A stretch of 46,537 bases of DNA from Chloroflexota bacterium (GCA_009692785.1 SHYN01000001.1:1-46537), one strand, 5' to 3'. Positions 1 to 10,664 are shown, counted from the stretch's first letter. Notes: a model not told the origin generated them from the sequence alone. A program made the numbers and translations.

Positions 1-390
1 GTCGTGGCGAAGGCCGGGCTCGACGGACACGACCGCGGCGCCAAGGTCGTCGCGCGCGCGCTCCGCGATGCCGGCATGGAGGTCATCTACACCGGCGTCC
101 ATCAGACACCGGAGCAGATCGTCGCCACCGCGGTGCAGGAGGACGCTGACGCCATCGGGGTGTCGCTGCTCTCCGGTGCGCACAACCACCTGTTCCCGCG
201 CATCGCATTGCTCATGAAGGAGCAGGGGATCGGAGACGCGCTGCTCTTTGGTGGCGGCATCATTCCGCAGGCGGATCTGCCCGGCCTGACGGCCGTCGGC
301 GTCGCGCGGATCTTCCCACCGGGCTCGACGCTCGATGAGATCGTCGCCTATCTCCGCGACGCGGTGGCGACGAAACGCGCCGCCGGGTGA
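1..390 (+). CDS. Methylmalonyl-CoA mutase, cobalamin-binding (C-terminal/small) subunit; 5' end truncated by the window edge
   Basis: Translation '[39 protein letters not shown]...GVSLLSGAH' carries the classic DxHxxG...SxL B12-binding domain. The reading frame is open to nt 1. The stop overlaps the next gene (GTGA). Confidence 0.9.
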   Translation, partial: VVAKAGLDGHDRGAKVVARALRDAGMEVIYTGVHQTPEQIVATAVQEDADAIGVSLLSGAHNHLFPRIALLMKEQGIGDALLFGGGIIPQADLPGLTAVGVARIFPPGSTLDEIVAYLRDAVATKRAAG

Positions 391-1325
391 CGCTGGAGGC
401 ACTCCTCGTCGCAGCGCGCGCCGGCGACGCGCGCGCGACCGCGCGACTGGTCACGATCGTCGAGAACGACGAGCCCGAAGCCGCGGCGCTCGTGCGTGCC
501 ACCTACCGCGAGGCCGGCCGGGCGCTCGTCGTTGGGATCACCGGGCCGCCGGGCGGCGGGAAGAGCACGCTCGTGGCGGCGCTCGTCGGCCGCTATCGGG
601 AACGGCATTCCCGGGTCGCGGTCATCGCGGTCGATCCGTCGAGCCCCTTCACCGGTGGTGCGATCCTTGGCGACCGCATTCGCATGCGCGAGCGCTTTCT
701 GGATCCAGGCGTGTTCATCAGGAGCCTCGCGACCCGCGGCGCGACCGGCGGCCTCTCTCACGCGACCGCCCGGGTGGTCGATCTCCTCGACGCGCTTGGC
801 CACGAGGTCGTGCTCGTCGAGACGGTGGGGGTGGGGCAGGAGGAGATCGAGGTCATGCGCGTCGCCGGGACCGTGTGCCTCGTTTCCGTACCCGGCCTCG
901 GCGACGACATCCAGGCCGTGAAGGCCGGCATCATCGAGATCGCCGACGTGCTCATCGTCAACAAGGCGGATCGGCCCGGAGCGGATCAGACCGTCGCCGA
1001 CCTGCGGGCGATGCAGTCGCTCGCCGCCCCGCGCGTCGGGTCCTGGTCGCCGCCGATCGTCCGGACGACGGCGACCGCGGGCGATGGCGTCGCCGACGTG
1101 GTCGACGCGGTGGCGCGGCATGCGGCGTGGTCGCGAGCGAGCGGAGACGATACGCGACGACGCCGGGAGGCAGCTCGGTCCGCGGTGGAGACGCTGCTCC
1201 GCGAGCTGCTCACACGTCGTTTCATCGATGCCGCGGGTCACCAGGGGCGGTTGGACGACGCGGTGGCCGCGGTCGCGGATCGCTCCTCCGATCCGCAGAC
1301 CGCCGTCCTGGACCTGCTTCGGTAG
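387..1325 (+). CDS. meaB: Methylmalonyl-CoA mutase-associated GTPase MeaB (ArgK family G3E GTPase)
   Basis: P-loop '[14 protein letters not shown]', '[10 protein letters not shown]' and 'NKAD' G-motifs. GTG start in a GTGA overlap with the B12-domain gene. Confidence 0.9.
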   Translation: MTLEALLVAARAGDARATARLVTIVENDEPEAAALVRATYREAGRALVVGITGPPGGGKSTLVAALVGRYRERHSRVAVIAVDPSSPFTGGAILGDRIRMRERFLDPGVFIRSLATRGATGGLSHATARVVDLLDALGHEVVLVETVGVGQEEIEVMRVAGTVCLVSVPGLGDDIQAVKAGIIEIADVLIVNKADRPGADQTVADLRAMQSLAAPRVGSWSPPIVRTTATAGDGVADVVDAVARHAAWSRASGDDTRRRREAARSAVETLLRELLTRRFIDAAGHQGRLDDAVAAVADRSSDPQTAVLDLLR

Positions 1326-1337
1326 GAGCGATCCGGC

Positions 1338-2135
1338 TCAGTTCTCGATCGCGAAATGGACCTGCACGCGTACCACCACCTCGAGCTCGCCCACCGGCAC
1401 GGATGCGCTCGCGCCGGCCGGACCGGCGGCGCCGCGCTGCACGGTGTCTGCGAAGAGCGGGCCCGGGGCGGTGCCGGATTCGCTGACCGCGAGGACCCGG
1501 CCCAGACGGACGCCGGCTGCGTCGGCCATGGCCTTGGCCTTTGATCGGGCATCCTCGATCGCGAGCTTCCGCGCCTCGACCTGCCTCGGCTTCGCGTCGT
1601 CCAGCGCGAAACGGATCTGCACGTTCGTCGCGCCGTCGCCCTGGACGAACGTATCGAGCGCTTTTCCGACGGCGCTCACCTCCCGAAGCGTGAAGGTGAC
1701 GGACTGGACCGCCTGGTAGCCCGTGATCGTCGGCGCGCGATCGGGGCCGGTCTGGTACTGCGGATTGATGGTGTAGCCCGAGCTCTTGGTGTCCTTGTCG
1801 GCGATCCGCAGATCTTTGGCCCGCTGGAGGACCTTGGCGATCCGGTCGGACAGCGCGGCCTGCGCCTCCGCGGCGGTCCGGGCCTGGGTCGTGGCGCCGA
1901 TCGTGAGGATCGCGATGTCCGGCGAAGCCTTCACCGTCGCGTCGCCACCCACAACGATGCCCGGGGTGGGTCCGCCACCCTGAGCCAGCGCGGCGGCGAG
2001 CAGCGGATCTTCGCCCCGCCCCGTTCCGCCCGCCGTCGCAGGTTGCCTCGCGACCAGAGCGATCACGAGCGCGAGAACGAGCGTGGCAGCGCCGATCGTC
2101 GCGAGGAGCGCCCGCTGGAATGCCGTCATCGCCAC
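1338..2135 (-). CDS. SIMPL-domain (DUF541) secreted/anchored protein
   Basis: N-terminal hydrophobic anchor '[20 protein letters not shown]'. Body and C-terminus ('[13 protein letters not shown]') resemble the SIMPL/26-kDa periplasmic immunogenic protein family. Confidence 0.65.
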   Translation of the reverse strand: MAMTAFQRALLATIGAATLVLALVIALVARQPATAGGTGRGEDPLLAAALAQGGGPTPGIVVGGDATVKASPDIAILTIGATTQARTAAEAQAALSDRIAKVLQRAKDLRIADKDTKSSGYTINPQYQTGPDRAPTITGYQAVQSVTFTLREVSAVGKALDTFVQGDGATNVQIRFALDDAKPRQVEARKLAIEDARSKAKAMADAAGVRLGRVLAVSESGTAPGPLFADTVQRGAAGPAGASASVPVGELEVVVRVQVHFAIEN

Positions 2136-2218
2136 ACCTCCGTCAGGATGCTCAGAGAACGCCGGTGACCTGCGTCAGGTTCCCGCACCCTGCGCCGACC
2201 CGTCTATTCTCAACGTCC

Positions 2219-3751
2219 GTGGATGCTCGTGAGCGGCTTGAGCGCATGCGCGACCGGAGCGTCCTGGGCGGCGGCGCGGAACGGATCGCCCAGCAGCACG
2301 CCAAGGGCAAGCTGACCGCCCGGGAGCGCCTCGACCTCCTTCTCGATGACGGGTCGTTCACCGAGCTCGGCGCCTTCGTCACCGCGCGTGGCGCTGACCA
2401 CGACGAGGCACCCCTTGGCGACGGCGTCGTCACCGGCTTCGGGCGGATCGACGGCCGGCTCGTCTACGTGTTCTCGCAGGATTTCACGGTCTTTGGCGGT
2501 TCGCTCGCTGAGGCGCACGCCGAGAAGATCTGCAAGGTCATGGACCTCGCGGTGAGAAATGGAGCCCCGATCATCGGCCTGAACGATTCGGGCGGGGCGC
2601 GGATCCAGGAGGGCGTGCGTTCGCTCGGAGGCTACGCCGAGGTCTTCCTCCGGAACGTCCTGGCTTCCGGCGTGGTCCCGCAGCTCTCAGCGATCCTCGG
2701 CCCGTGCGCCGGCGGTGCGGTGTATTCCCCCGCGCTCACCGACTTCATCGCGATGGTCCGCGACACGTCGTACCTCTTCGTCACGGGCCCGGAGGTCACA
2801 CGGACGGTCACCCACGAGGAGGTCACGCTTGACGAGCTCGGCGGCGCCGATGTCCACGCCCGACGCTCGGGCGTGGCGCACTTCGAATCCGCCGACGAGC
2901 CCGCGTGCCTCGCGCTGCTTCGCGCGCTCATGGGCTACCTGCCTTCGAACAATCTCGACCCGGCACCACGCGTGCCGACCGACGATCCGACGGATCGCGC
3001 CGACCTCGCGCTCGACACGATCATCCCCGCGCAGAAGAGCAAGCCGTACGACATGCGCGAGGTCATCCGGCGCGTCGTCGACGACGGCGCGATGCTCGAG
3101 GTGCACGAGGGCTGGGCGCAGAACATCCTCTGTGCGTTCGCCCACCTTGATGGGCAGAGCGTCGGCGTGGTCGCGCAGCAGCCGCTCGTCCTCTCCGGCG
3201 TCCTCGATATCAACTCCTCGATCAAGGCGGCACGATTCGTTCGGTTCTGCGATGCCTTCAATCTCCCACTCGTGACCTTTGTCGATGTGCCCGGCTTTCT
3301 CCCGGGGACCGCGCAGGAGCACGGAGGCATCATTCGGAACGGCGCGAAGCTCCTCTATGCCTACGCCGAGGCGACGGTCCCCAAGCTCACCGTCATCACC
3401 CGCAAGGCCTACGGTGGTGCCTACGACGTCATGTCGTCCAAGCACCTCCGCGGCGACTACAACGTCGCGTGGCCGGGTGCCGAGATCGCGGTCATGGGGC
3501 CCGAGGGCGCGGTGAACATCCTTCACCGCGAGGAGCTGGCGGCGGCGCCCGATCCTGCGGCGCGGCGACAGCAGCTCGTGGCCGAGTACCTCGTGCGCTC
3601 CGCCGATCCGTATGTCGCCGCGTCGCGCGGCTTTCTCGACGATGTCATCGAGCCGCACGAGACGCGGTCACGGCTCGTCGCCGCCCTACGCTCGCTCGCG
3701 GGCAAACGGGACACGAACCCACGGAAGAAGCACGGCAACATTCCGCTCTGA
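2219..3751 (+). CDS. pccB: Acyl-CoA (propionyl-CoA) carboxylase carboxyltransferase beta subunit
   Basis: '[31 protein letters not shown]', '[13 protein letters not shown]' and '[12 protein letters not shown]' are hallmark carboxyltransferase motifs. The track ORF starts at ATG 2120 and overlaps the divergent SIMPL gene. GTG 2219 ([10 protein letters not shown]...) or ATG 2246 fit family length better. Confidence 0.9.
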   Translation: MDARERLERMRDRSVLGGGAERIAQQHAKGKLTARERLDLLLDDGSFTELGAFVTARGADHDEAPLGDGVVTGFGRIDGRLVYVFSQDFTVFGGSLAEAHAEKICKVMDLAVRNGAPIIGLNDSGGARIQEGVRSLGGYAEVFLRNVLASGVVPQLSAILGPCAGGAVYSPALTDFIAMVRDTSYLFVTGPEVTRTVTHEEVTLDELGGADVHARRSGVAHFESADEPACLALLRALMGYLPSNNLDPAPRVPTDDPTDRADLALDTIIPAQKSKPYDMREVIRRVVDDGAMLEVHEGWAQNILCAFAHLDGQSVGVVAQQPLVLSGVLDINSSIKAARFVRFCDAFNLPLVTFVDVPGFLPGTAQEHGGIIRNGAKLLYAYAEATVPKLTVITRKAYGGAYDVMSSKHLRGDYNVAWPGAEIAVMGPEGAVNILHREELAAAPDPAARRQQLVAEYLVRSADPYVAASRGFLDDVIEPHETRSRLVAALRSLAGKRDTNPRKKHGNIPL

Positions 3752-3811
3752 CTCCACCGGCCTTGAGCGTGGCACCCAGGCAGAGCCCGGGGCTTCATGA
3801 AGGGGGTAGCG

Positions 3812-3994
3812 ATGTACGGCACGATCCAGCGCGGCAAGGTCAAGAAGGAGGCGTACCGGAAGAACGCGGAGTCGCCGGAGATGGACGCCGTCTACCAGAG
3901 GATCAGGGCCTGCCTCGAGACCGACCCCGAATGGACCGACGGCACGTTTCCGCAGTGGGATGGTCCGCACGCTCAGGTGCCGGCCTTTGACTAG
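3812..3994 (+). CDS. Small hydrophilic hypothetical protein (60 aa; 65 aa if ATG 3797)
   Basis: ORF with 'aaggggg' SD-like motif before ATG 3812. Its TAG stop abuts the GTG start of accC. No family recognised. Confidence 0.45.
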   Translation: MYGTIQRGKVKKEAYRKNAESPEMDAVYQRIRACLETDPEWTDGTFPQWDGPHAQVPAFD

Positions 3995-5506
3995 GTGCGG
4001 CTGACCAAGGTCCTCGTCGCCAATCGCGGCGAGATCGCGGTTCGGGTCATTCGCGCCTGCCGCGACGTGGGCCTCCGCTCGGTCGCGGTGTACAGCGAGG
4101 CCGATCGGGACGCGCTGCACGTCCGGCTTGCTGACGAGGCGTACCCGATCGGCCCGGCGCCCGCGACCCAGTCGTACCTCCGCGGCGACAAGCTCATCGC
4201 GGTCGCCCGTGGCGCGGGTTGCGACGCGGTGCATCCGGGATACGGATTCCTCTCAGAGAACGCTGGGTTCGCGGAGGCGGTCGCCGCCGCCGGCCTGGTG
4301 TTCGTTGGCCCGCCGGCCGCTGTGCAGCGCCGCCTCGGCGACAAGATCGCGGCACGACGTCTCGCGCGCGACGCCGGCGTTCCCGTGGTCGGGGGGACCT
4401 TCGAGCCGGTCGCCGATCTTGACGCTGCCCGCGGCGCCGCGGAGCAGATCGGCTACCCGTTGATCCTCAAGCCCGCCGGCGGCGGTGGTGGGAAGGGGAT
4501 GCGCATCGTCGCGACGGCGGCCGGCCTTGCGGACGCCTGGCGCGGCGCGACGGGTGAGGCGCAGAGCGCGCTCGGCGCACCCGCGGCATTCGTCGTCGAG
4601 CATTTCGTCGGCGCTGCGCGCCATGTCGAGGTGCAGTTCGTCGCAGATGACCACGGCGCGGTCGTTCCCCTGGGTGAGCGTGATTGCTCGATCCAACGGC
4701 GGCACCAGAAACTCATCGAGGAGACGCCGGGGCCCTCGGTGGATGAGACGCTGCGCGAAGGCCTGTTCGATGCGGCGGTGCGGGTGGCGCGGGCGGCCGG
4801 CTACCGGAATGCGGGGACCGCCGAGTTCCTCGTCGCACCGGACGGTTCCTTCACGTTCCTCGAGGTGAACACGCGCCTCCAGGTCGAGCATCCGATCACC
4901 GAGCTGGTGACCGGGATCGACCTCGTGCAGTTGCAGCTCCGCCTCGCCGCCGGCGAACCGTTGCCGTTCGCGCGGGCCGACGTGCGAGCCCACGGCGCGG
5001 CCATCGAGTGCCGGCTCACAGCGGAGGACCCATTTGCCGGATTCCTGCCCGCGGCCGGGACCATCACGGTGGTGCGCGAAGCCAGCGGACCCGGAGTTCG
5101 GCTGGACGGCGCGCTTGTGCCCGGAATGGTCGTCGCCAGCGAGTACGATCCGCTCCTTGCGAAGCTGGCGTGCTGGGGTGTGGATCGGCCGGCCGCGCTC
5201 GCGCGCATGCGGCGCGCGCTCGGCGAGATGGTCATCAGCGGCATTCCGACGACGCTGCCCTTCCACCGGGCGACCCTCGGCGAGCCCGACTTCGTCGCGG
5301 GTCGGTACGACACGGGGTACATCACCGCGCATTGGCCCCGCGAGACCGTGCTTGGCGAGGAAGCCGCGGTCGCCGCGGCGATCGTCGCGGTCCTCGTGTC
5401 GCGCTCGGCGGCGTCGGGCGCTCCTTCGACCACGGATCCGGCGGCGACAGATCCGGCCGTCCCCGGCGCGTGGGCCCGGGCCGGGCGTCACGAGGGGCTG
5501 CGGTGA
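3995..5506 (+). CDS. accC: Biotin carboxylase subunit of acyl-CoA carboxylase (stand-alone, no fused BCCP)
   Basis: 'KVLVANRGEIAVRVIRACRDVG', 'GYPLILKPAGGGGGKGMR' and 'EVNTRLQVEHPITE' are ATP-grasp biotin carboxylase motifs. Confidence 0.93.
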   Translation: MRLTKVLVANRGEIAVRVIRACRDVGLRSVAVYSEADRDALHVRLADEAYPIGPAPATQSYLRGDKLIAVARGAGCDAVHPGYGFLSENAGFAEAVAAAGLVFVGPPAAVQRRLGDKIAARRLARDAGVPVVGGTFEPVADLDAARGAAEQIGYPLILKPAGGGGGKGMRIVATAAGLADAWRGATGEAQSALGAPAAFVVEHFVGAARHVEVQFVADDHGAVVPLGERDCSIQRRHQKLIEETPGPSVDETLREGLFDAAVRVARAAGYRNAGTAEFLVAPDGSFTFLEVNTRLQVEHPITELVTGIDLVQLQLRLAAGEPLPFARADVRAHGAAIECRLTAEDPFAGFLPAAGTITVVREASGPGVRLDGALVPGMVVASEYDPLLAKLACWGVDRPAALARMRRALGEMVISGIPTTLPFHRATLGEPDFVAGRYDTGYITAHWPRETVLGEEAAVAAAIVAVLVSRSAASGAPSTTDPAATDPAVPGAWARAGRHEGLR

Positions 5507-6045
5507 GATACGAGGTCGTGCTCGGCGAGCGGACCATGATCGTGGAGCTCGAGGCGCTGGGCGGGCTGCTCACCGTGGACGGGCGTGCAGTCGCGGTCGA
5601 CATCCGTGAGATCCGTGCGGAGCGGGCCTGGCACGTTCTCATCGATGGGTCGGCCCACGATGTCACCGTCCTGTCGCCTCCCCGGCAGGATCCCCTGCGC
5701 CTGCAGGTGGGTGGCGTCGAGGTGCGCGGACGTGTGAGCGACGCGCGAACGGTCTCGGCGCGTCTCACCGCGAAAGCCTCCGGGGCACACACCAGGGTCG
5801 AGCTGCGCGCCCCGATGCCGGGCCTCCTCAAGGCGCTGCACGTGCGCGAGGGCGATGTCGTGGACGAGGGCACTGGTATGGCAACGCTCGAGGCCATGAA
5901 GATGGAGAACGAACTGCGTTCTCCCGCGCGGGCGCGGGTCGTTCGGATCGCGGTCAGGGCGGGCGACAAGGTCGAAGGGGGAGCCCTGCTCGTCGTGCTT
6001 GGTCCCATTGGCACGGCTGTGGAGCCAGAGGTCGGGCAGGAGTGA
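5503..6045 (+). CDS. accB: Biotin carboxyl carrier protein (biotinyl domain with about 100-aa N-terminal extension)
   Basis: Biotinylation motif 'LEAMKMENEL' near the C-terminus. GTG 5503 lies in a GTGA overlap with the accC stop. The upstream part of track ORF 5008..6045 overlaps accC in another frame. Confidence 0.85.
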   Translation: MRYEVVLGERTMIVELEALGGLLTVDGRAVAVDIREIRAERAWHVLIDGSAHDVTVLSPPRQDPLRLQVGGVEVRGRVSDARTVSARLTAKASGAHTRVELRAPMPGLLKALHVREGDVVDEGTGMATLEAMKMENELRSPARARVVRIAVRAGDKVEGGALLVVLGPIGTAVEPEVGQE

Positions 6046-8456
6046 GGGACGGGGGGGCTCGCGCCGGCCGTCCGCGGCCGCGCCTTCGCTGGCGCACCGG
6101 CATCGCCGCGCTCGTTCTGCTCGTCGTCGTCGTCACGGCGGGCGCGGCATCGTCGCTCGTTCTGCGGGGCCTGCCGGTCATCGACGCCGACGTGCGGCTG
6201 CTCGGGCTCGAGGAGCGCACGGAGATCGTCCGTGATGGGTTCGGCGTCCCGCACATCTACGCGAAGAACGCTCACGACCTCTTCTTCGCCCAGGGCTTCG
6301 TGACGGCGCAGGACCGACTCTTCCAGATGGACCTGAGTCGCCGCGTCGGTCTGGGACGGCTCAGCGAGGTGCTCGGGGAGGCGGCGCTCGAGACCGACCG
6401 CTACCTCCGCACCGTCGGCCTCCACCGGGTCGCCGCTCTGACCGTGGTGCGGATGGATCCTGAGACCCGCGCCGCAGCCGAGGCCTACGCCGGCGGCGTG
6501 AACGCGTTCATCGCCGGTCACGCTGACGCGCTGCCGCTCGAGTTCGTCATCCTTGGCTACCGGCCCGAGGCCTGGACGCCGGTGGACTCGCTCGTCATCG
6601 GCAAGCTCCAGGCGCTCGACCTCGACGGCAACTACACCTCGGAGCTGCTCCGCGCGGCCATCGTGCAGCGCGTCGGCGAGGGCGCGCTCGCGACGCTCGC
6701 CCCCGACGATCCGCGACCCGCCGCCCTCGATGACGGTGGCTGGCAGGCCCTGCGGTCGGCGGGGCTCGCGCCCGACGGGGCCGCCGCGCCCACGCTCGAC
6801 GCCCTCCGCGGCTTCCTCGGCGATGAAGCGGGGGCGCTCGGCTCGAACTGCTGGGCCGTCGCGAAGGGCCGGAGCGGCAAACCGCTCTTTGCCGGTGATC
6901 CCCATCTCGGCGTCCGAAATCCCGCGGTCTGGTACGAGGTGTCGCTGGAGGGCGCGGGCTACAGGATCGCCGGATTCTCCTTCCCGGGCGTGCCCGGCGT
7001 CATCATCGGCCACAACGACCGGATCGCCTGGTCCTTCACCGCCGCGTTCACCGACACCCAGGACCTCTACGTCGAGCAGCAGGATCCCACGGATTTTCAT
7101 CGCTATCTCTTCCGCGGCTCGTACGAGCGCGCCACCTTCGTTCGCGAGGAGATCAGGGTCAAGGGACGGATCGACCCAGTCTCGCTCGATGTGACGATCA
7201 CGCGCCACGGCCCGATCATGACCGGCGTCCTCAAGGGTCAGAGCGCACAGCTCGCGCTTCGCTGGACGGCGCTGGAGCCGCTCGTGGGCCTCGACAGCAT
7301 CCTGGCCCTCGATCGAGCGCGGGATTGGAGCTCCTACCGCGCGGCGCTCGCGACGTTCCCCGGCCCGACCGTCACCGGCTGCTACGCCGATGTCGACGGG
7401 CACATCGGCTGGTCGCATGCCGGTGTGCTGCCGATCCGGATGAAGGGCGATGGGCGGATGCCGGTCCCCGGCTGGACCGGTGAATATGAATGGGCCGGCT
7501 TCGTCCCTCCGGCCCAGCATCCCTTTGTGCTGGATCCGGCGGAGGGGTGGCTCGTGAGCGCGAACGACCGCCTCGTCCGTGATCCCGCATCCCCGACCTA
7601 TGCCGGCGAGTGGGATCCGGGGTACCGCGGCACCCGGATCCGCGAGCAGCTCGGCGCGCTCCGCCAGCCCGACGCCGAGGCGTTCCGGATCCTTCAGACC
7701 GATATCGCCTCCGCGCCCGTCGCCGCCTATCGCCAGGCGATCCTCGCCTCGTCGCCCCGCACCCCTCGCGGACTGGAGGCACAGGCCGTCGTCCGCGCGT
7801 GGGACGGCGTGCTCGCCGTCGATTCGGCCGGTGCGGCCATCGCCGAGGCCTGGCTCATGCGGCTTGCCGACCGCACCTTTAAGGACAAGCTCGGCGAGCC
7901 GCTCTACGCCGACTATCAGGGCGGGCGCTGGATGGTCCGCGCGCTGACCCTCCTCCTCGGGCGGCCGAACGATCCCTGGTTCAGCTCGCAGGTCGACGGT
8001 GAGGGGAATGGCCTGGGCGATCTGGCCGGGCGCTCGCTCGACGACGCGGTGAAGGAGCTCACCTCGCGGCTCGGGGCCGATGCCGGGAAATGGCGCTGGG
8101 GCGACCTCCACACCATCACGTTCGAGCACCAGCTCTCGGTCGCGAAGCCCCTCAACCTGCTCTTCGACATCGGTCCGCTGCCGCGGCCGGGTGATGGCTA
8201 CAGCGTTAACCAGGCCGCGTATCGCATCGCGAAGCCCTTCGCGCTGCGCAACCACTCATCAGCGCGGATGATTGTCGACCTCGGCGACCTCGACGCCTCG
8301 CTCGCGGTCATTCCGACCGGCCAGTCCGGCCAGCCCTTCGCGCGCCACTGGGGCGATCAAACGCCGCTGTGGGCCAGTGGCCGGCTGCATCCGATGGGCT
8401 TCACCCGAGAGCGCCTGATCGGCGTCGAGGGCACCCTGGTCCTTCGTCCTCGCTGA
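6042..8456 (+). CDS. Penicillin acylase family Ntn-hydrolase (penicillin amidase / acyl-homoserine-lactone acylase-like), N-terminal membrane anchor or signal
   Basis: 'IVRDGFGVPHIYAKNAHDLFFAQGFVTAQDRLFQMD' plus the candidate autoprocessing nucleophile context 'GSNCWAV...GKPLFAGDPHL'. Hydrophobic stretch 'IAALVLLVVVVTAGAASSLVL'. Confidence 0.88.
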   Translation: MRDGGARAGRPRPRLRWRTGIAALVLLVVVVTAGAASSLVLRGLPVIDADVRLLGLEERTEIVRDGFGVPHIYAKNAHDLFFAQGFVTAQDRLFQMDLSRRVGLGRLSEVLGEAALETDRYLRTVGLHRVAALTVVRMDPETRAAAEAYAGGVNAFIAGHADALPLEFVILGYRPEAWTPVDSLVIGKLQALDLDGNYTSELLRAAIVQRVGEGALATLAPDDPRPAALDDGGWQALRSAGLAPDGAAAPTLDALRGFLGDEAGALGSNCWAVAKGRSGKPLFAGDPHLGVRNPAVWYEVSLEGAGYRIAGFSFPGVPGVIIGHNDRIAWSFTAAFTDTQDLYVEQQDPTDFHRYLFRGSYERATFVREEIRVKGRIDPVSLDVTITRHGPIMTGVLKGQSAQLALRWTALEPLVGLDSILALDRARDWSSYRAALATFPGPTVTGCYADVDGHIGWSHAGVLPIRMKGDGRMPVPGWTGEYEWAGFVPPAQHPFVLDPAEGWLVSANDRLVRDPASPTYAGEWDPGYRGTRIREQLGALRQPDAEAFRILQTDIASAPVAAYRQAILASSPRTPRGLEAQAVVRAWDGVLAVDSAGAAIAEAWLMRLADRTFKDKLGEPLYADYQGGRWMVRALTLLLGRPNDPWFSSQVDGEGNGLGDLAGRSLDDAVKELTSRLGADAGKWRWGDLHTITFEHQLSVAKPLNLLFDIGPLPRPGDGYSVNQAAYRIAKPFALRNHSSARMIVDLGDLDASLAVIPTGQSGQPFARHWGDQTPLWASGRLHPMGFTRERLIGVEGTLVLRPR

Positions 8457-8550
8457 TGGTGTGAGCGGCCGGCGGGGCGGGAATGGCGAGCCGACGTCGA
8501 GCCGGGCGGCATACCGGGGCGTCTGATTCCGACCTGGAGCCCGGTGAGTC

Positions 8551-10206
8551 TTGTCGGCGAGTCATCCCGCCCCGCCGGCCCGCACGGACCGACGGCCCAC
8601 GCGATTCGCAACTCCTAGCATCAGGTCCGTGCCCGATCGCAAGTTCGAGACCACCTACGGCGCCCCGATCCCACCCACGTATCCGCCCCCGGGAGACGAC
8701 CGGCGCATCGGCTCCCCGGGCCTGGCGCCCTACACCCGTGGCATCCAGCCCACGATGTACCGCGGACGGCTGTGGACGATGCGGCAATACGCCGGCTTCG
8801 GCAGCGCCGCCGAGACGAACACGCGGTTCCGGTATCTCCTGGAGCAGGGTCAGACCGGCCTCTCGGTCGCGTTCGACCTCCCGACGCAGATGGGCCACGA
8901 CGCGGACGACCCGCGGTCCGCAGGCGAGGTCGGCCGGGTAGGCGTCTCCATTTCGACGCTCGATGATCTCGCCCGGCTGTTCGAGGGGATCCCGCTCGCC
9001 GACGTGACGACCTCGATGACGATCAACGCGACCGCGCCGATCCTCCTCGCGATGTACGTCGCGCTCGCCAAGCGCCAGGGGGCGCCACTTGCGCGACTCG
9101 GGGGGACAACGCAGAACGACATCCTAAAGGAGTACATCGCGCGCGGCACGTACATCTACCCGCCTGGACCGTCGCTCCGGCTGGCGGTGGACATGTTCGC
9201 CTTCTGCGCCGCGGAGCTGCCGCGCTGGAATCCGATCTCGATCAGCGGCTACCACATCCGCGAGGCGGGTTCCGACGCGGTCCAGGAGCTCGCGTTCACC
9301 TTCGCCGACGCGATCGCCTACGTCGACGCCGCGGTCGCGCGGGGCCTCGAGGTTGACGCTTTCGCGCCGCAGCTCTCCTTCTTCTTCGCCGCGCACAGCA
9401 CGCTGCTCGAGGAGATCGCAAAGTTCCGCGCCGCTCGGCGGATCTGGGAGCGGATCATGCGCGAGCGCTTCGGGGCGCAGAAGCCGGCGTCACGGGCGCT
9501 CCGCTTCCACACCCAGACCATGGGCTCGACCCTGACCGCGCAGCAGCCGCTCAACAACGTCGTGCGCACGGCGATCGAGGCGCTCGCCGCGGTGCTCGGC
9601 GGCACCCAATCGCTCCATACCAACGGTTACGACGAGGCGCTGTCGCTCCCGACCGAGGACGCCGCACGCCTCGCGCTCCGAACGCAGCAGATCATCGCTT
9701 ACGAGTCAGGTGTGGCCGACACGATCGACCCGTTGGCCGGTTCCTACGCGATCGAGGCGCTCACCGACGAGATCGAGGCCAGGGTGGGTGAGGAGCTCGC
9801 GCGGATCGAGGCGCTCGGCGGGGCGCTCCGTGGGATCGAGCGCGGCTATCAGATGGACCGGATCGAGGAGTCGGCCTATCGGGCGCAGCAGGCCATCGAC
9901 AGCGGCGAGCGCATCGTCGTGGGGGTGAACGCGTTCCGTTCAGAGACCGGCGATCCCATCCCGCCCCTGCAGAAGATCGACGAACGGCTCGCCGCGGAGC
10001 AGGCCGCACGGCTTGCGGCGCACCGCGCGTCGCGCGATGCCGGTCAGGTCATTTCCGCACGGACCGCGCTCGTCGGCTCCGCGCGACAGCCGTCCGCCGA
10101 CCTCATGGCGCCCATCCAGGCCGCGGTCGAAGCGGGTGTGACACTCGGCGAGATCTGCGCCGACCTGCGCAGCGTCTTCGGAGAGTTCGAGCCACGTCGC
10201 GGATGA
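8551..10206 (+). CDS. Methylmalonyl-CoA mutase catalytic (N-terminal, large) subunit
   Basis: '[55 protein letters not shown]' is the canonical acyl-CoA mutase TIM-barrel signature. There is no B12 domain at the C-terminus. Start is TTG 8551 or GTG 8629. Confidence 0.92.
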   Translation: MSASHPAPPARTDRRPTRFATPSIRSVPDRKFETTYGAPIPPTYPPPGDDRRIGSPGLAPYTRGIQPTMYRGRLWTMRQYAGFGSAAETNTRFRYLLEQGQTGLSVAFDLPTQMGHDADDPRSAGEVGRVGVSISTLDDLARLFEGIPLADVTTSMTINATAPILLAMYVALAKRQGAPLARLGGTTQNDILKEYIARGTYIYPPGPSLRLAVDMFAFCAAELPRWNPISISGYHIREAGSDAVQELAFTFADAIAYVDAAVARGLEVDAFAPQLSFFFAAHSTLLEEIAKFRAARRIWERIMRERFGAQKPASRALRFHTQTMGSTLTAQQPLNNVVRTAIEALAAVLGGTQSLHTNGYDEALSLPTEDAARLALRTQQIIAYESGVADTIDPLAGSYAIEALTDEIEARVGEELARIEALGGALRGIERGYQMDRIEESAYRAQQAIDSGERIVVGVNAFRSETGDPIPPLQKIDERLAAEQAARLAAHRASRDAGQVISARTALVGSARQPSADLMAPIQAAVEAGVTLGEICADLRSVFGEFEPRRG

Positions 10207-10664
10207 CGGGCGCTGCGCTCGACGGGATGGGTCCGCTCCACCATGTTGGGATCGCCGTCCCCTCGCTCGAGGAGGCCCTTCCCTTCTGGCGCGACACCCT
10301 CGGCTACCGCGCGACCGAGCCGCGCGAGCTGCCCGGGACCGGTGTGCGGCTCTGCTTCCTGGAGTGCGGCGCGGCCCGGATCGAGCTCGTCGAAGCTCTG
10401 GACCCGGATTCCGGGATCGGACGCTTTGTCGCGGAGCGCGGCAGGCCGACGCTCCATCACGTCTGCTTCGAGGTCGCGGATCTCGCGGTGGCGCTGGCAG
10501 AGCTCGCCGCACGCGGCCACCGCCTGATCGACCTGGTGCCGCGCGCGGGGGCGGAGGGCCTGGTGGCATTCCTCCATCCCAGCGTTGCCGGCGGCGTGCT
10601 TGTCGAGCTCCTGGAAGCAGGGGTCCCCGCGGACCGGCGGGGCACGGGCATCCATACTCGGTGA
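10203..10664 (+). CDS. mce: Methylmalonyl-CoA epimerase (VOC/glyoxalase fold)
   Basis: '[17 protein letters not shown]', 'IELVEAL' and '[11 protein letters not shown]' are VOC metal ligand motifs. ATGA overlap with the mutase gene. Confidence 0.85.
   Translation: MTGAALDGMGPLHHVGIAVPSLEEALPFWRDTLGYRATEPRELPGTGVRLCFLECGAARIELVEALDPDSGIGRFVAERGRPTLHHVCFEVADLAVALAELAARGHRLIDLVPRAGAEGLVAFLHPSVAGGVLVELLEAGVPADRRGTGIHTR

Noticed and set aside
2136-2218. Possible leaderless pccB transcript: a -10-like 'tattct' at 2205-2210 lies just upstream of GTG 2219.
   Set aside because: No convincing -35 is present at 17-18 nt spacing, and the true start codon (2120, 2219 or 2246) is itself uncertain. The evidence is too weak to list as a promoter.
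3686-4234. 182-aa minus-strand ORF spanning the pccB-accC junction.
   Set aside because: It overlaps the strongly supported accC start and the small + strand ORF, and it has no motifs. I judged it a GC artefact.
5322-8255. 977-aa minus-strand ORF. Similar long antisense ORFs occur at 348-1241, 12642-14366, 16033-17160, 23321-24682, 27521-28885, 37099-38382 and 44348-45664.
   Set aside because: Their translations are Arg/Gly/Pro/Asp-rich low-complexity strings with no recognisable motifs. Each lies antisense to a + strand gene with clear family signatures. Stop-poor antisense frames are expected in DNA of about 70% GC.
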